From contig JALHPE010000001.1 in the NCBI GenBank assembly GCA_022842645.1, forward strand, positions 7,711 to 71,710: 64,000 bases of DNA. The letters are read 5' to 3'. Numbering within the stretch: the first letter of the stretch is position 1; each line of letters starts with the position of its first letter. Both the position numbers and the translations under genes were made by a program. The notes under the pieces were generated by a model. The model did not search any database. It was not told the DNA's origin and saw only the letters and a program-made list of their open reading frames with translations. Of the stretch, positions 45,701-53,949 are shown piece by piece. This DNA is from Minisyncoccota bacterium (lineage in GTDB: Bacteria; Patescibacteriota; Minisyncoccia; Phycocordibacterales; UBA2100).

Positions 45701-46565
45701 TTCCACCGTTTGCAGCGGAGACTGAGTCTACGTACTGCTGGTATGGTGATGGACTGAAAGTCCCTGAATTATTAGCAGTGGGTAATTCAGATAAGTCGAA
45801 AGTATTTCTGCCACTCCCTTGCAGATATTCGTATAATTGCGAAGGATTGATACGCCCCTGATCGATGAGTTTTTGATAATTTGCGACGTCCCCCAAACTA
45901 CCAGTGGTATTTATTGGGGGTCGTACCGTGCCTGCCTGTACTGCATTATTAAAATTAATGTTTTGGTCTATAAGCGCCTGTTCGTAACTTGAGAGATTAG
46001 GATTTAGTGCCCTATTCATACTCTCATTCAACTGCATTTGACTTTCGTTGGGACCGAATAACTGATCCCAATAATCACCTAATTTCCCTCCTAGGGACTG
46101 CGAATCTGCAGAAACACCACTTGGAGTTCCGGGCTGACCTTGCACAATATTTTTTCCCCCAGACATCGCTTCTATTGCTTTTTGCTGCAAATCTTGGCAG
46201 GTTGTAGCTCCTGAAGGAACGGTGCAGGACTTTTCTTCGACGCCTCCACGAATACCTTGCTTCCAACATGTTTGCACACCACCGCTTAAGCCAGTAAGGT
46301 TTGCTTTGTCACACTCGATGGCCTTGGCAGCGCTTGCATCTTTATTTGTGTTAGAAGAAACAGAATTTTCTTTTTCTCCAGCTGAGACATTGTTTTGTTG
46401 TTGCGCGGGACACTTTTCAGGACACACATTTACAATAGCTCCATTCAACGCGCAATTAATCTTGCGAGCATTACCAGCACATTGTTCCTGCGCGAAAGAA
46501 GGACTAGGGATTAACAAAAGGACAGAGGAACAAATAGCAAAAAACGTGACGTGTGCACGATTCAT
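36702..46565 (-). CDS. Giant secreted/cell-surface protein (3287 aa)
   Basis: Signal peptide, Cys-rich N-terminal region, long coiled-coil stretches, Pro- and Gly-rich linkers, and a C-terminal module shared with the 869-aa protein (GGM..FF amphipathic segment, Ig-like TTTLSWSSVG domain, terminal VRTCEPEQPINSFIQCLCEAEPNPAGC). The many antisense ORFs within it are low-complexity artefacts. Confidence 0.8.
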   Translation of the reverse strand: MNRAHVTFFAICSSVLLLIPSPSFAQEQCAGNARKINCALNGAIVNVCPEKCPAQQQNNVSAGEKENSVSSNTNKDASAAKAIECDKANLTGLSGGVQTCWKQGIRGGVEEKSCTVPSGATTCQDLQQKAIEAMSGGKNIVQGQPGTPSGVSADSQSLGGKLGDYWDQLFGPNESQMQLNESMNRALNPNLSSYEQALIDQNINFNNAVQAGTVRPPINTTGSLGDVANYQKLIDQGRINPSQLYEYLQGSGRNTFDLSELPTANNSGTFSPSPYQQYVDSVSAANGGSSFYQGLGDLVRPTGTFSNTGSPDPFALPTSRPSTVSTLADGLNGMWQTAKATAAEAWAGLKTLATGSVDPTLNTTEFTESPFGEAEIVDVNSGELVTSKAILDSMGSRPEESNLDSLASIEDVIKQFEGVTPEQFQKGVAEYVLEKQARGELISSGEALALKAAVEEQPDNRAWFTKLGDSLGLQLSDRAQAIAALDGVEREASRQESLRYLAQNAGGPSGVQDPLNQINPTIAANEQAGLKNSPSGPSDDAFRKQGLPGYSTGVSEGSRVGIDTFAGEKGTQTGETDKTFLRIERDRIEAAQDVVQAERRLQDVLKNSENTQLNLSQNGSISGGRSEEEVLRMRAAREAVVRDAAQAEARSQAAIQEKNTAIAAQNAAEESLCAQTNGCVMAERTFKTTVETNTVGAMTSKTEDVIARVRTYPEQEARIARMDAIRTELSALDAKAEANGKKLSQADFQRYQSLANEHNGLREAFNTDNDRLTKTFSSVDAKRGALFQERSVAIAEANASARVQQEALANFSSVAAPLDTLQKERFEAVNNLEAARARFAEVNREYQERISDPVQSVLDERYRAQSALDKANLRALQLRSEIDALNDVAISPRDTGLLYDRRQEIASLGAQLSDVEGDINTSRNTLGFLTNDPRASDYVAFMKRDPATMTREELAMREILPQLIQQKQDALQSNLSFSEMIDAYQRGDMSLGRVMLESALTPFTLEGIAGTEGPGWYDPQGNLTLTNARIDQILQGKVTDASLQQRINTITGTEAPPQWLQERSDYWGEVVQNAWREGNYPKLFGGGVMKSLWDGASNVSSIFGVTPVTDVQIAGLARSPRSALGAFIVDSTQYVGPLGIVTFKQAGAIGRGLGNFALDVARDDYAIASGVFRPPTAGLSTDAAVLADRMGRSVTSGLNHEITAGRWSGTASEFETVAAQRFADRVYHPELDLRPDAQEVRAALSGIRPDAPLPPSRALVLYEPPITPVSDAIPAAIPSRGRAVEVPSVSGINNVESIPLRNIQPPPVMRASNAPSNVPSGGSGIDSLVGGAGVDRLIPSAPTVLSRIGETPVGRVLKQAAVIVGLAATPNPAALPPFSLFMPEGSSIGLAQAGDSVSASVVTGEKSPVTLSFGRDGSDTSRVSFLGNQTQWRNVDVRSRHVAAAKELNNLGGMKWEGVREVQKIKPELFNDVPIVNGKPDLTKVVPEKINIISCNAPYACFASHADAAAMVSAKLDYQPAYVNAKTYNDVVKLWVGTDVINGSFDDLSRLRHAETGGLTLTTPIARNDLAARAALTKGIFKAEYPALARYGIEDPITNEALRDGLAKVFGSEPAAQWYAQTSRPTAIAEVPNANQGAVNTPPEVANPVVRSGDGEVPPSNPTSEPTNTTAPVPASNDAVATAVCTDAKMCSTGATINPSSLPILPDATMQTLKVRTARKGEVDVSVAVKKIPFNGETYTVRLWYMNDVWANRENVGRVRTPAQRDLLVFHETRANTYDMFKILESNANNGRGSGVYVSAYLGRTQTNIAGEKVVDIGILTPFDEYYAHARQFGHRGIGVETVMQKGDLPDGGQVLGSLIMADAARAWNPNIRIVNHQTGEADVLAGFANFREASLGAPAGGLPARASEDLAKIQLAQREREAAKMIIGARTLDPITPNPDVATSLAYNRSIASALKQAGFEDTKAYKRYQSALAKNIAGRPDLGTEPTIAEMTAADVVIQADIDAVAKLPRTQIAQVPESAVSPDAPRIAQDLDGGRSPFILRPDQSVVSEIPIGDRGLGGLMKAALGREAAVEAQIAQVYSDVPSPLDVRATPIVNQDNPIIAATRPISPDFSRTETYVAQISTEPKLINEPTPAARPVVADAPQALDGPTVVANVPQSGDTPAMNSVGNETSGAGIQNAILYGVTEGVIAAGNRIEGLMNNVRNFVRGNQPPSPEATREVANQNVSVEANRRAIEIANRQYQEGIGRSRIQGDPNEIARRAEEQATKVLRENLVADLRRESLPLGETEILRKQLAAMDEVWRAGIGSSPDQATVLADLSEIAARARRAAEESLPPPSPTSMLVSETNPPIAPNPRKELVAAAEADLAKAQVAIPPSIRRLKVMQEELLRARQIGGLDGLEILKNTSPSLRSGVGRLADAAENVAKNPLVPSDVREGLLEQAKIARTNVSSLAQEVDNFYARNIFSKAANQAQFKARIASQGAKVENAVIEINTLLAKVSTIPEVRTVSAVDIPTVQSLSHGEVVTALAIFDTISAPTVIANSSFDVVVRAVDVEDIPTPSVITVADNTPAVAEAPAVPVPTTPRSPGTPAPTLPESPSFVALVRDTPRPPSAAPVVAADIAPPPNTQVTTPPSIPPSPFTFRPGQKEKEIKGSLGEAGAFVPDRADALVPVSEGFSLTSLRSSIGDAAQSLRGWFTRDVLPTGALARDALPDVPATTPSPLPNANLPRAPIVDAVPPPLPQTPPPIPRDTTPTPPPIPDTPPAAVVPEAVAPVSRDVAPINDDFIKRLDEWSRAQAAREAQIAEIKFLRDVAIEKAVITKGTSASGLYDNAARKLDDVDGALANGAKLDDPQVLALARGALDDYARGATAEAQARGSGAGVNTASPQNTPSNQTSVARRAWDMCTGFRSCLSAVSMLLGGAGVYAIMPGGEEPLETPATSEAPSTPDTTIQNQNSGVLTSTPPGDAPPSESQSGEPQGVAPATPGESGEEEKAQQDATGGDGGGVGSVADGGANGDRGGQGGAPGANADSGSSGKTNGRAPGDSTPEDSASGDVPGSPPSSGSGSGGFSRGGMSVLQGLLQGLFAFFDFGGGGEEEPPRPPTEPQSTPQPVVIVGAIVANPSFITSGSTTTLSWSSVGTDVGSSTCAVISADFKVFHRGPQNGSISSPTITESTRFGLVCNTKNTTDKLLHETLVRVRGDDSDPERIFTPEEIARSQSTPVGTGGSGSGSGNGGGGGSSGQSGNPTPEDVRTCEPEQPINSFIQCLCEAEPNPAGCAVPPGGLR

Positions 46566-46636
46566 TACGAGTAATTATACGTATATAAAAGTAACAAAAA
46601 TGGGATTTCCCCATTCATACAAAAAAGTGACCCGAA

Positions 46637-47044
46637 TTACTCCGGGTCACTTGATGACGTGGTCGTGGCTCGCGCCTCTTGGATGCGCATGTCCGCCAAA
46701 AGCCCTCTTACGAGATAGCTCGGCATCATATCGCTCAAGTCGCGTACGTATGCGACCGTGTATTTTCCTTCCGGAAACACACCGGCAACATGGCGCACAT
46801 CAGGCACACATTGCCGAAGCCCAATAACGAGCTCTTCTTTGGGGGTTTGTACTCCCGAGAAGTACTTGGCCAGTATTTCAGCCGAAAACCGATCTGAGCA
46901 GAAATAGCCTTCCACTTGACCAGACTCGACTGTGCCAACTACCGGAATATCGGGATCTTTGAGATCAACCGTGACCTCTTCCCATCCGAGAGCTGCGCTT
47001 CCGAAGATGCCAACGAACACGAACGTCAAGACTGTACTTTTCAT
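46637..47044 (-). CDS. Small secreted protein (135 aa) between the two large surface-protein genes
   Basis: Signal peptide MKSTVLTFVFVGIFGSAALG; two Cys. Confidence 0.45.
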   Translation of the reverse strand: MKSTVLTFVFVGIFGSAALGWEEVTVDLKDPDIPVVGTVESGQVEGYFCSDRFSAEILAKYFSGVQTPKEELVIGLRQCVPDVRHVAGVFPEGKYTVAYVRDLSDMMPSYLVRGLLADMRIQEARATTTSSSDPE

Positions 47045-47134
47045 GACAAAAGCGTCCTTCGGCGCTACTACAGTTTTGATCTGGATTGTTTATACACGAA
47101 AAAAGTAAATAAGTCAAGTTTCTGCTGGGGACAG

Positions 47135-49744
47135 CTACATCCCCCTTGGAGAAACAGAACATCCCGCGGGGTTGGGTTCGGCCTCACAAAGACATGCAAT
47201 GAATGCGTCGATCGATTGTTCGGGATCACAGGTGCGGACGTCTATGGGAGCTACTGATGATTCGCCGCTGGCACTTGTTCCACCTGTTCCAGAAGAAGAG
47301 ACTGCGCTCGAAGCGCGGCCGGAATTAGAGAAGAGGGGCGGCGTGGTGGAAGCACTGCCCTCCACGCGCACCAACACTTCGTTAATGAATTTGTCTTCCC
47401 CACGCTCGATGTCACAAATAACCGCGAAACGTGTTGTCTCGGAAATGAGTGGTGATTGCACTTTTCCATTTGCGCCGCGCGCAATCACGCGCGAGAGCGC
47501 ATCGACAACTGCGCAAGACTGCGCACCCACACTCGACCACGAAAGCTGCGTGGTTTTGCCCGAAGCGATTTCAATCGGATTTGCAGTAATCGTCGCAACA
47601 GGTGTCGTACGCGGCTCAACTTTCGCAGGAGATGGATTTGCTGAATTCGCACCCGGAGGAGTGAAGAATGAAGCCAGGGCTTTTATAAGCGTGCCCATTA
47701 TTTGCATTCCTCCCTGTATAAATCCTGAGTTTGATTGCTGTGCACTCGCCCGAGGCTCTGGTGGAGTTTCTGATGCGGGTGGTGTCTCACTTTGCGCCGG
47801 AGGCTTCGGGGGGGAATTCGCCTTCGCCTCCTCAGTTTCTGGCGCAGAAGGCAGCGAGTCTTGAGGTTCCGACACAGAAGGAGGTGGTGTTGGCACTGGA
47901 GGTGGTGGTGTGGGTGCGGTTGGAATTGAAGGAGGTGGTGGAGGAACCTCGGCAACTTGGGTTGGAATCTCTACCCGAGACGCGCCAGGAAAGTTGAAAC
48001 GCTCCTGAATATTCCCAAAAACTTCTCTCACGTTCTGTGCGATTGCTGAAAGGCCTGAAAGCAGCCCTTCTCCGGGTGTGACTACCTCAGGAACTTCTTG
48101 TGGTGGTGTCTCTGATTCAAATCCAAGTGCCGAGCGTATTCGTTCTGCAACTAACCCACTGAGCGTGCCCGGGCCTGTGCCGAAGACGCTAATTGCATTT
48201 GCTTCGTCAAACTCAAATTCCGGCTCCGCGGCTTCAAGTTCACCTGCGTTTGCGCGGAGTCTCACGAGTCCTTCCGCCTCGCTGAGTACGCGCTGCTCAG
48301 AGCGCGCATCTTGCAGCGCGCGATACTCGTTTGATTTTATGAAATCGGGAAGCCAAGGAGTCCTGTCAATCCATTCTCGAAACGGGAGCGCGCGTGTTTC
48401 GTATGCAAGATCGAGCGCATACTCTGCTCGCGCAACATCCTCCTCAAGAATACGTCGCGCTGTCGCAACTTCCGGATCATCTGCACCGATGCGCCCACCA
48501 ACAAGTCCACTGAACGCCCCCTCAACTGCAATCGTACGTGCACGCTCGAAGCTTTTCGCAACAGGAAGTCCCTGCTCAAGACCTTCTGCAAAACGATTTG
48601 GAAGAACAGTACCTTCATCCCACCACAAAGGATACTGGGGGAGTTTCGGTGATACATCAGAAACAGTGCCTGTATCTATTTCTGCGGTTACGATATCAAC
48701 TGAAGGAAGTATCTCTTCTTCGGGAGGTGACTTAGGTGGCGTAAAAGGGTTTACATCATATGGCGGACGAATGGGGTTGCCTATGTCGTTGGGCGGATTA
48801 TCTGTCACCGGCTGCGCAGGACCGCCGCTCAGAGACGGAGCTTTTGGTGGAGGCGTTTGTGGATTGTTACTCGCAACAACCGGCCCGGGACGAGGAACGC
48901 TAGTATTCCCTCCGTTTCCTCCGGAAAATCCTGGCGCAGAGTTTATGCCAAAGAGGTTACCAAAAAAATCTATGACGCTCGGGAGAAGTCCTGAAAATAC
49001 ACTCCCCACCACGGGAGAAACAATAGTGCTAGAGATACCAGAAGCTCCAAATGTCGTGAGATGTTCAAATGGATTTCCACCACTAAATACCCCACCTTCG
49101 CCAAAGGTGCTTGCGGGGCGCTTGGGTTCGAGCACTGACGGTTTTCCCGTGGGAACTTGAGGCTTGGTTTGTGTCGGTGACGGAGCTTGTGGAGTCACCA
49201 CCTCAACTTCTGGTAGCACTACACTACCATCCGGATTGACCGCGGCACCACCGGTTGGATCAACAGATCCGCCCGGGAGAGGTTCCCCACTTGGAGGTTC
49301 AAACGCATCGAGCGGATCACTTCCAGAAGGCAATGTGCCACCCGAACCACCCGATGAACCTGAACTTCCCGAGCTACCCGCGCCACCACTCGGAGGATTG
49401 GTGGTGCCGCTGTCGGGCACGTCAGGAGCCCCGGTCAGAGGCTTTCCGTCGCAGCCTATTTTTGCCAAACACTTCGACGCGTCACATTTCGAAATTACCA
49501 CCGGGTTTGCTATCCCATCACATTCAAGTCCAAGTGCTTCGTTGTCGCCGACTGGTGTGCGCATGCATTCTGCGCCTTGCGGCAATGCATCTGGATGATT
49601 AGGCTCGGTAACACCCAGACCACAACGAATATCAGCATACTGAATCGAGCCCTTCAATTGAGCGTGCGTAATGAACGGCGCCGTTACAGAAGAAGCAACC
49701 CCGAACACTATGGTAAACACTAAACGAACGGTCATCCCTACCAT
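47135..49744 (-). CDS. Secreted Pro/Gly-rich surface protein (869 aa) sharing the C-terminal Ig-like plus CLCEAEPNPAGC module with the giant protein
   Basis: Signal peptide, Cys-rich N-terminal region, PPPP linkers; the C-terminal roughly 230 aa align to the giant protein C-terminus. Confidence 0.7.
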   Translation of the reverse strand: MVGMTVRLVFTIVFGVASSVTAPFITHAQLKGSIQYADIRCGLGVTEPNHPDALPQGAECMRTPVGDNEALGLECDGIANPVVISKCDASKCLAKIGCDGKPLTGAPDVPDSGTTNPPSGGAGSSGSSGSSGGSGGTLPSGSDPLDAFEPPSGEPLPGGSVDPTGGAAVNPDGSVVLPEVEVVTPQAPSPTQTKPQVPTGKPSVLEPKRPASTFGEGGVFSGGNPFEHLTTFGASGISSTIVSPVVGSVFSGLLPSVIDFFGNLFGINSAPGFSGGNGGNTSVPRPGPVVASNNPQTPPPKAPSLSGGPAQPVTDNPPNDIGNPIRPPYDVNPFTPPKSPPEEEILPSVDIVTAEIDTGTVSDVSPKLPQYPLWWDEGTVLPNRFAEGLEQGLPVAKSFERARTIAVEGAFSGLVGGRIGADDPEVATARRILEEDVARAEYALDLAYETRALPFREWIDRTPWLPDFIKSNEYRALQDARSEQRVLSEAEGLVRLRANAGELEAAEPEFEFDEANAISVFGTGPGTLSGLVAERIRSALGFESETPPQEVPEVVTPGEGLLSGLSAIAQNVREVFGNIQERFNFPGASRVEIPTQVAEVPPPPPSIPTAPTPPPPVPTPPPSVSEPQDSLPSAPETEEAKANSPPKPPAQSETPPASETPPEPRASAQQSNSGFIQGGMQIMGTLIKALASFFTPPGANSANPSPAKVEPRTTPVATITANPIEIASGKTTQLSWSSVGAQSCAVVDALSRVIARGANGKVQSPLISETTRFAVICDIERGEDKFINEVLVRVEGSASTTPPLFSNSGRASSAVSSSGTGGTSASGESSVAPIDVRTCDPEQSIDAFIACLCEAEPNPAGCSVSPRGM

Positions 49745-49756
49745 TATACGAAGCGC

Positions 49757-49785
49757 GGCCGCCCTTCGGGCGGCCGCGCACGCAT
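49757..49785. terminator. Perfect GC hairpin gcgcggccgccc-ttcg-ggcggccgcgc between the surface-protein operon start and the groEL end
   Basis: Read directly; the U-tract is weak. Confidence 0.5.
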
Positions 49786-49806
49786 TTCTGTTGAGAAGTC
49801 TTGGGG

Positions 49807-51459
49807 TTACATGTCGTCCATACCCATACCACCTCCCATAGCAGGAGCATCCTTCTTCTCTTCTGGCTCATCTGCAATCGCGGCTTCAGTGGTAAGAAGC
49901 ACAGCGGCGGCAGATGCAGCGTTTGCCACACCGGAGCGCGTCACCTTCACCGGATCGATAATACCAGCTTCGAAAAGATCGATGATAGACACTTCCTCAC
50001 TCTCGCTTGCGGCATCAAAACCAAATGCGCCACCTTTCTTTATGACTTCTTGTAGGAGGACAGCGCCGTCTTCTCTGCCACAATTCTTTGCGATCTGGAG
50101 AAATGGCGCGGAAAGTGCCGCAACAAGAATACGATACCCGATGGTGTATTCATCGTGCGCCTTTGCATCAATTTTTTTACTCAGCTTATCTCCCACTTTT
50201 GCAAGTGCTGCACCACCACCAGGAACCACACCCTCTGCAATCGCGGCTTTTGTTGCATTCACCGCATCTTCGATCTTATCTTTGAGGTATTTCATTTCAG
50301 TTTCTGTCGCGGCACCAACACGAATCACCGCAACGCCGCCAGAAAGTTTTGCAACACGCTCATCAAGCTTCTCGCGATCAAACTTTGAATCTGTGTTTTC
50401 TGCTTGCTTTCTGAGCTGTGACACGCGCGATTCGATGTCGCTCTTCTTGCCCTTGCCACCGACGATAACCGTTGAGTCCTTCGTTGCAACAACACGCTGC
50501 GCTTTGCCGAGCATGCTCACCTCTGCGTTTTCGAGTTTGATACCGAGATCTTCTGAGACCGTCTGTGCACCGACGGTAATCGCAATGTCTTGGAGCATAT
50601 CCTTCTTGCGATCGCCATAACCCGGGGCTTTGACCGCAAGCACATTGAATGCGCCACGAAGTTTGTTCACCACAAATGTTGCAAGTGCTTCACCGTCGAC
50701 ATCATCAGCAATGATGACAAGGTCTTTCTTGCCGCTTTGTGCAAGTTTCTCAAGGAGTGGGAGAATTTCCTTAATGGTTGAAATCTTTCTGTCGGTGATC
50801 AAGACGGGCACATCCTTTGCCACGGCCTCCATGCGCTCTGCATTCGTAATCATGTAGGGCGAGACATAGCCCTTGTCGAATTCGAGACCTTCAACGTAAT
50901 CGGTTTCGATACCAATTGATTGCGATTCTTCCACCGTTACCACGCCGTCTTTACCAACCTTCTCAACAACATCCGCAATCTTCTCGCCAAGTTCTTTGTT
51001 TTCTGCAGAAATAGAGGCGACGTATTGAATGTCTTTCTTCCCCTTCACCTCACGCGCCATTTTCTTAAGTTCTGTAACCGCATCCTTCGCTGCCGCTTCA
51101 ATACCGCGACGAATCATCATGGCATTCGCGCCCATTGCTGTGCGCTTCAAGCCTTCATGCACAAGCGCTTGTGTGAGGACAACGGCTGTTGTTGTGCCAT
51201 CCCCCGCTTTGTCATTCGTCTTCGTGGCAACTTCCTTCACGATACCAGCGCCCATGTTCTCAAATTTGTCTTTAAGTGTGATTTCTTTTGCGATGGAAAC
51301 GCCATCGTTCGTGATGGTCGGTCCTCCCCAGGAGCGATCGATTGCAACGTTCCTGCCGCGAGGCCCAAGCGTGACGCGCACAGCACCCGCAACAATGTCC
51401 ACCCCTCGCTTAAGGGCGCCACGTACTTCAGAGTCGAAAATAACTATTTTTGCCGACAT
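49807..51459 (-). CDS. groL: Chaperonin GroEL (Cpn60)
   Basis: AAVEEGIVPGGG-type motifs and the GGM-repeat C-terminus (GGGMGMDDM); 550 aa. Confidence 0.95.
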   Translation of the reverse strand: MSAKIVIFDSEVRGALKRGVDIVAGAVRVTLGPRGRNVAIDRSWGGPTITNDGVSIAKEITLKDKFENMGAGIVKEVATKTNDKAGDGTTTAVVLTQALVHEGLKRTAMGANAMMIRRGIEAAAKDAVTELKKMAREVKGKKDIQYVASISAENKELGEKIADVVEKVGKDGVVTVEESQSIGIETDYVEGLEFDKGYVSPYMITNAERMEAVAKDVPVLITDRKISTIKEILPLLEKLAQSGKKDLVIIADDVDGEALATFVVNKLRGAFNVLAVKAPGYGDRKKDMLQDIAITVGAQTVSEDLGIKLENAEVSMLGKAQRVVATKDSTVIVGGKGKKSDIESRVSQLRKQAENTDSKFDREKLDERVAKLSGGVAVIRVGAATETEMKYLKDKIEDAVNATKAAIAEGVVPGGGAALAKVGDKLSKKIDAKAHDEYTIGYRILVAALSAPFLQIAKNCGREDGAVLLQEVIKKGGAFGFDAASESEEVSIIDLFEAGIIDPVKVTRSGVANAASAAAVLLTTEAAIADEPEEKKDAPAMGGGMGMDDM

Positions 51460-51460
51460 A

Positions 51461-51490
51461 AGGTTTTAGGTTCTAGGTGTTAGGTTCTAG
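51461..51490. repeat. GGTGTTAGG-type repeat (aggttttaggttctaggtgttaggttctag) in the groES-groEL spacer
   Basis: Shares a 14-nt exact core with 12603-12632. Confidence 0.55.
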
Positions 51491-51493
51491 TAA

Positions 51494-51817
51494 CTACTGT
51501 ATGATCGCGAGAATGTCAGACTCGTGAATGAGGAAATATTCAGTGTCGTCTCCTTCGAATTTCACCTCATTGTCCCAGCCGGAATTGAAGTAGACCTTCA
51601 TTCCCTTCTTAACAGTCATGGGGATAAGCTCGTTATCGTCACCGTGTTTGCCGGGGCCGACAGCGATCACCACTCCGCGCTTGGATTTCTCCTTCTGCGC
51701 CGTGTCGGGAATGTAGATGCCTCCGGGAGATTTCGTTTCCTCCTTGTCTTCGCGCTTAACGAGCACACGATCGTGAAGCGGCTGAACCGATACTTTTGTA
51801 CCTGTGTTGTTACCCAT
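51494..51817 (-). CDS. groS: Co-chaperonin GroES (Cpn10)
   Basis: LHDRVLVKR...GGIYIPDTA mobile-loop region; about 100 aa; upstream of groEL. Confidence 0.9.
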   Translation of the reverse strand: MGNNTGTKVSVQPLHDRVLVKREDKEETKSPGGIYIPDTAQKEKSKRGVVIAVGPGKHGDDNELIPMTVKKGMKVYFNSGWDNEVKFEGDDTEYFLIHESDILAIIQ

Positions 51818-51948
51818 ACAAAAAGAGATTAGTGATTAAAGCGGTCGCATTATATGTGAGCGAGGGGGCGTTCGCAAGAAAAAGTACCCCTTACACAGGG
51901 GGTAGGAGGCGCTTTGACTTACCCTCCCTCTTTTGCTATCCTCTCGCT

Positions 51949-52179
51949 ATGGAACTCTCGGGTTTACTGCCGTACGTGCAGATAGCCCTCTCGGTCCTCC
52001 TCATAGTTGCGATACTCTTGCAACGCACGGGAGCGTCACTCGGAGGTGCATTCGGAGCTGATAACTTCAGCACCGGTTTTCACACGCGCCGTGGCTTTGA
52101 AAAAGTTCTCTTCAATTCTACGATCGTGCTTGGTATACTGTTTGCACTCTCCGCGCTCGCGCACCTCTTTATCGGTTAA
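51949..52179 (+). CDS. secG: Preprotein translocase subunit SecG (putative)
   Basis: 76 aa with two TM helices separated by a Gly-rich loop (ILLQRTGASLGGAFGADNFSTGFHTRRG), matching the SecG LLQ.GKGA..G.AFG pattern. Confidence 0.6.
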   Translation: MELSGLLPYVQIALSVLLIVAILLQRTGASLGGAFGADNFSTGFHTRRGFEKVLFNSTIVLGILFALSALAHLFIG

Positions 52180-52229
52180 TACTGGCCAGACGGCCTTCGC
52201 GCGAGACGGGTTACCTCGTCTTATACTCC

Positions 52230-53930
52230 ATGTTCGGCTCGATTCCACTTGTTCGTCGTTTGTACGACACACTCCGCACCTTCTCACCATTTGAGAGGCT
52301 ACTTCTCTATGTCTTATCTCTCGCGCTCGCACTCTCTGCGGGCTGGATGCTCATTTCCCTCAGCGCTGTATTTTCAACGCAAATCCCTGCGCGTGGCGGC
52401 TCATTTGTAGAAGGTGCTGTTGGCACCGCACGCTTTGCGAACCCGCTTCTTGCCTCCTCTCAAGCAGATCACGACCTTACCGCACTCGTGTACTCAGGAC
52501 TCACACGACAAGAAGGAGGCACCTTTGTGCCCGACCTTGCCGAACGTGTGAGCGTCTCTGAAGACGGCACTGAATACACGTTTACACTTCGTGATGCAAC
52601 ATTTCATGATGGAGAGCCGGTGACCGCGGAGGATGTTGCGTTCACTGTTGCACTTGCGCAAGACCCCGCAACAAAAAGCACTCGTCGCGCGAACTGGGAA
52701 GGGGTTGAAGTACACGTCGATGATCCGCGAACCGTGCGCTTCACACTACCGAACGCGTACGCACCTTTCATTGGAAACACAACGCTCGGCATTCTTCCAA
52801 AACACTTGTGGAAAGATGTTTCGGCAGACGAGTTTTCCTTCACCTCTTTGAACACAGTCCCCGTGGGGAGTGGCCCTTTCAAAATAAAGGATGTCTCGCT
52901 CGACCCTGTCGGTGCGCCAACAGAATATGTGCTCGAATCGTTTGCAGATTTTACACTCGGCGAACCGCATCTGCGCCGAATTACCTACCGCTTCTACCCA
53001 GATGATGACGCACTCTTCGAAGCGTTTCTTGCGGGAGATATTGATAGTTTTCTATCACTTTCGCCAAAAACACTCTCTAATGAAATTACACAAAATGCAC
53101 GTCTAGTAGAACTGCCACTCACGAGAGTGTTCGCCGTGTTCTTTAACCAAAATCATGCATCTTTCTTAGCAAATACCGCAGCTCGTCAAGCGCTCGCAGC
53201 GAGCGTTGAAAGAAGCGCGCTCATTGATCGAGTACTGGGAGGCTTTGGAGAGCCTCTTACAGGTCCAATACCATCCGACATATTATCGCTCGCCGCGACT
53301 ACAACCGAAACCTCTGCAGCGTCGAAAATTCTTGAAGATGGTGGGTGGTCGCTTGAGACAGCAAGCACCAGTGAGGCGCGGCCTTTGTGGAAACGGAAGG
53401 ACGCCACACTCTCCTTTTCGCTTGCGACCGCAGACACCCCCGAACTAGTTGAAACAGCGCAACTGATTGCAGAACAGTGGCGCGCACTCGGTATTGATGT
53501 GAGACTCGAAACATATCCACTATCCGATTTCAATCAAACAGTACTCCGCCCACGCGCGTATGATGCAATTCTTTTTGGAAAGGTGCTCACGCGCCCACTC
53601 GACCTGTTTGCCTTCTGGCATTCATCGCAGCGCAACGACCCTGGACTCAATCTCGCGCTCTACGCAAACACATCTGCCGATAAACTTCTGGCCGAGGCGC
53701 GTTCCGAAAACGACACGGATGCGCGACGCGAACTTTATAGAACATTCACAACACTCGTTGCAGAAGATGCGCCCGCTGTGTTTCTCTACACGCCAAGCGC
53801 ACTCTATGTTGCACCAGCACACATCACAGGCCCTGCAAAAATGACCGTCACCTTCCCTGCCGAACGATTCCTTGCCGCTCACACGTGGTATCGCGATATC
53901 GAATATGTGTGGCAAATTTTCACCAAGTAA
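52230..53930 (+). CDS. ABC transporter substrate-binding protein, family 5 (peptide/nickel, OppA-like)
   Basis: N-terminal TM/signal anchor, SBP_bac_5 pattern (LVYSGLTRQEGGTFVPDLAERVSVSEDGTEYTFTLRDATFHDGEPVTAEDV), 566 aa. Confidence 0.8.
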   Translation: MFGSIPLVRRLYDTLRTFSPFERLLLYVLSLALALSAGWMLISLSAVFSTQIPARGGSFVEGAVGTARFANPLLASSQADHDLTALVYSGLTRQEGGTFVPDLAERVSVSEDGTEYTFTLRDATFHDGEPVTAEDVAFTVALAQDPATKSTRRANWEGVEVHVDDPRTVRFTLPNAYAPFIGNTTLGILPKHLWKDVSADEFSFTSLNTVPVGSGPFKIKDVSLDPVGAPTEYVLESFADFTLGEPHLRRITYRFYPDDDALFEAFLAGDIDSFLSLSPKTLSNEITQNARLVELPLTRVFAVFFNQNHASFLANTAARQALAASVERSALIDRVLGGFGEPLTGPIPSDILSLAATTTETSAASKILEDGGWSLETASTSEARPLWKRKDATLSFSLATADTPELVETAQLIAEQWRALGIDVRLETYPLSDFNQTVLRPRAYDAILFGKVLTRPLDLFAFWHSSQRNDPGLNLALYANTSADKLLAEARSENDTDARRELYRTFTTLVAEDAPAVFLYTPSALYVAPAHITGPAKMTVTFPAERFLAAHTWYRDIEYVWQIFTK

Positions 53931-53949
53931 CCACTTTATTAATTATTAA

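Noticed and set aside
47172-49160. Plus-strand ORFs 47172-47864 and 48078-49160
   Set aside because: They are antisense to the 869-aa secreted-protein gene. The resemblance of 47172's N-terminus to 36670's is only because both are antisense to the shared C-terminal module.
49811-50620. 269-aa plus-strand ORF
   Set aside because: Antisense to groEL.
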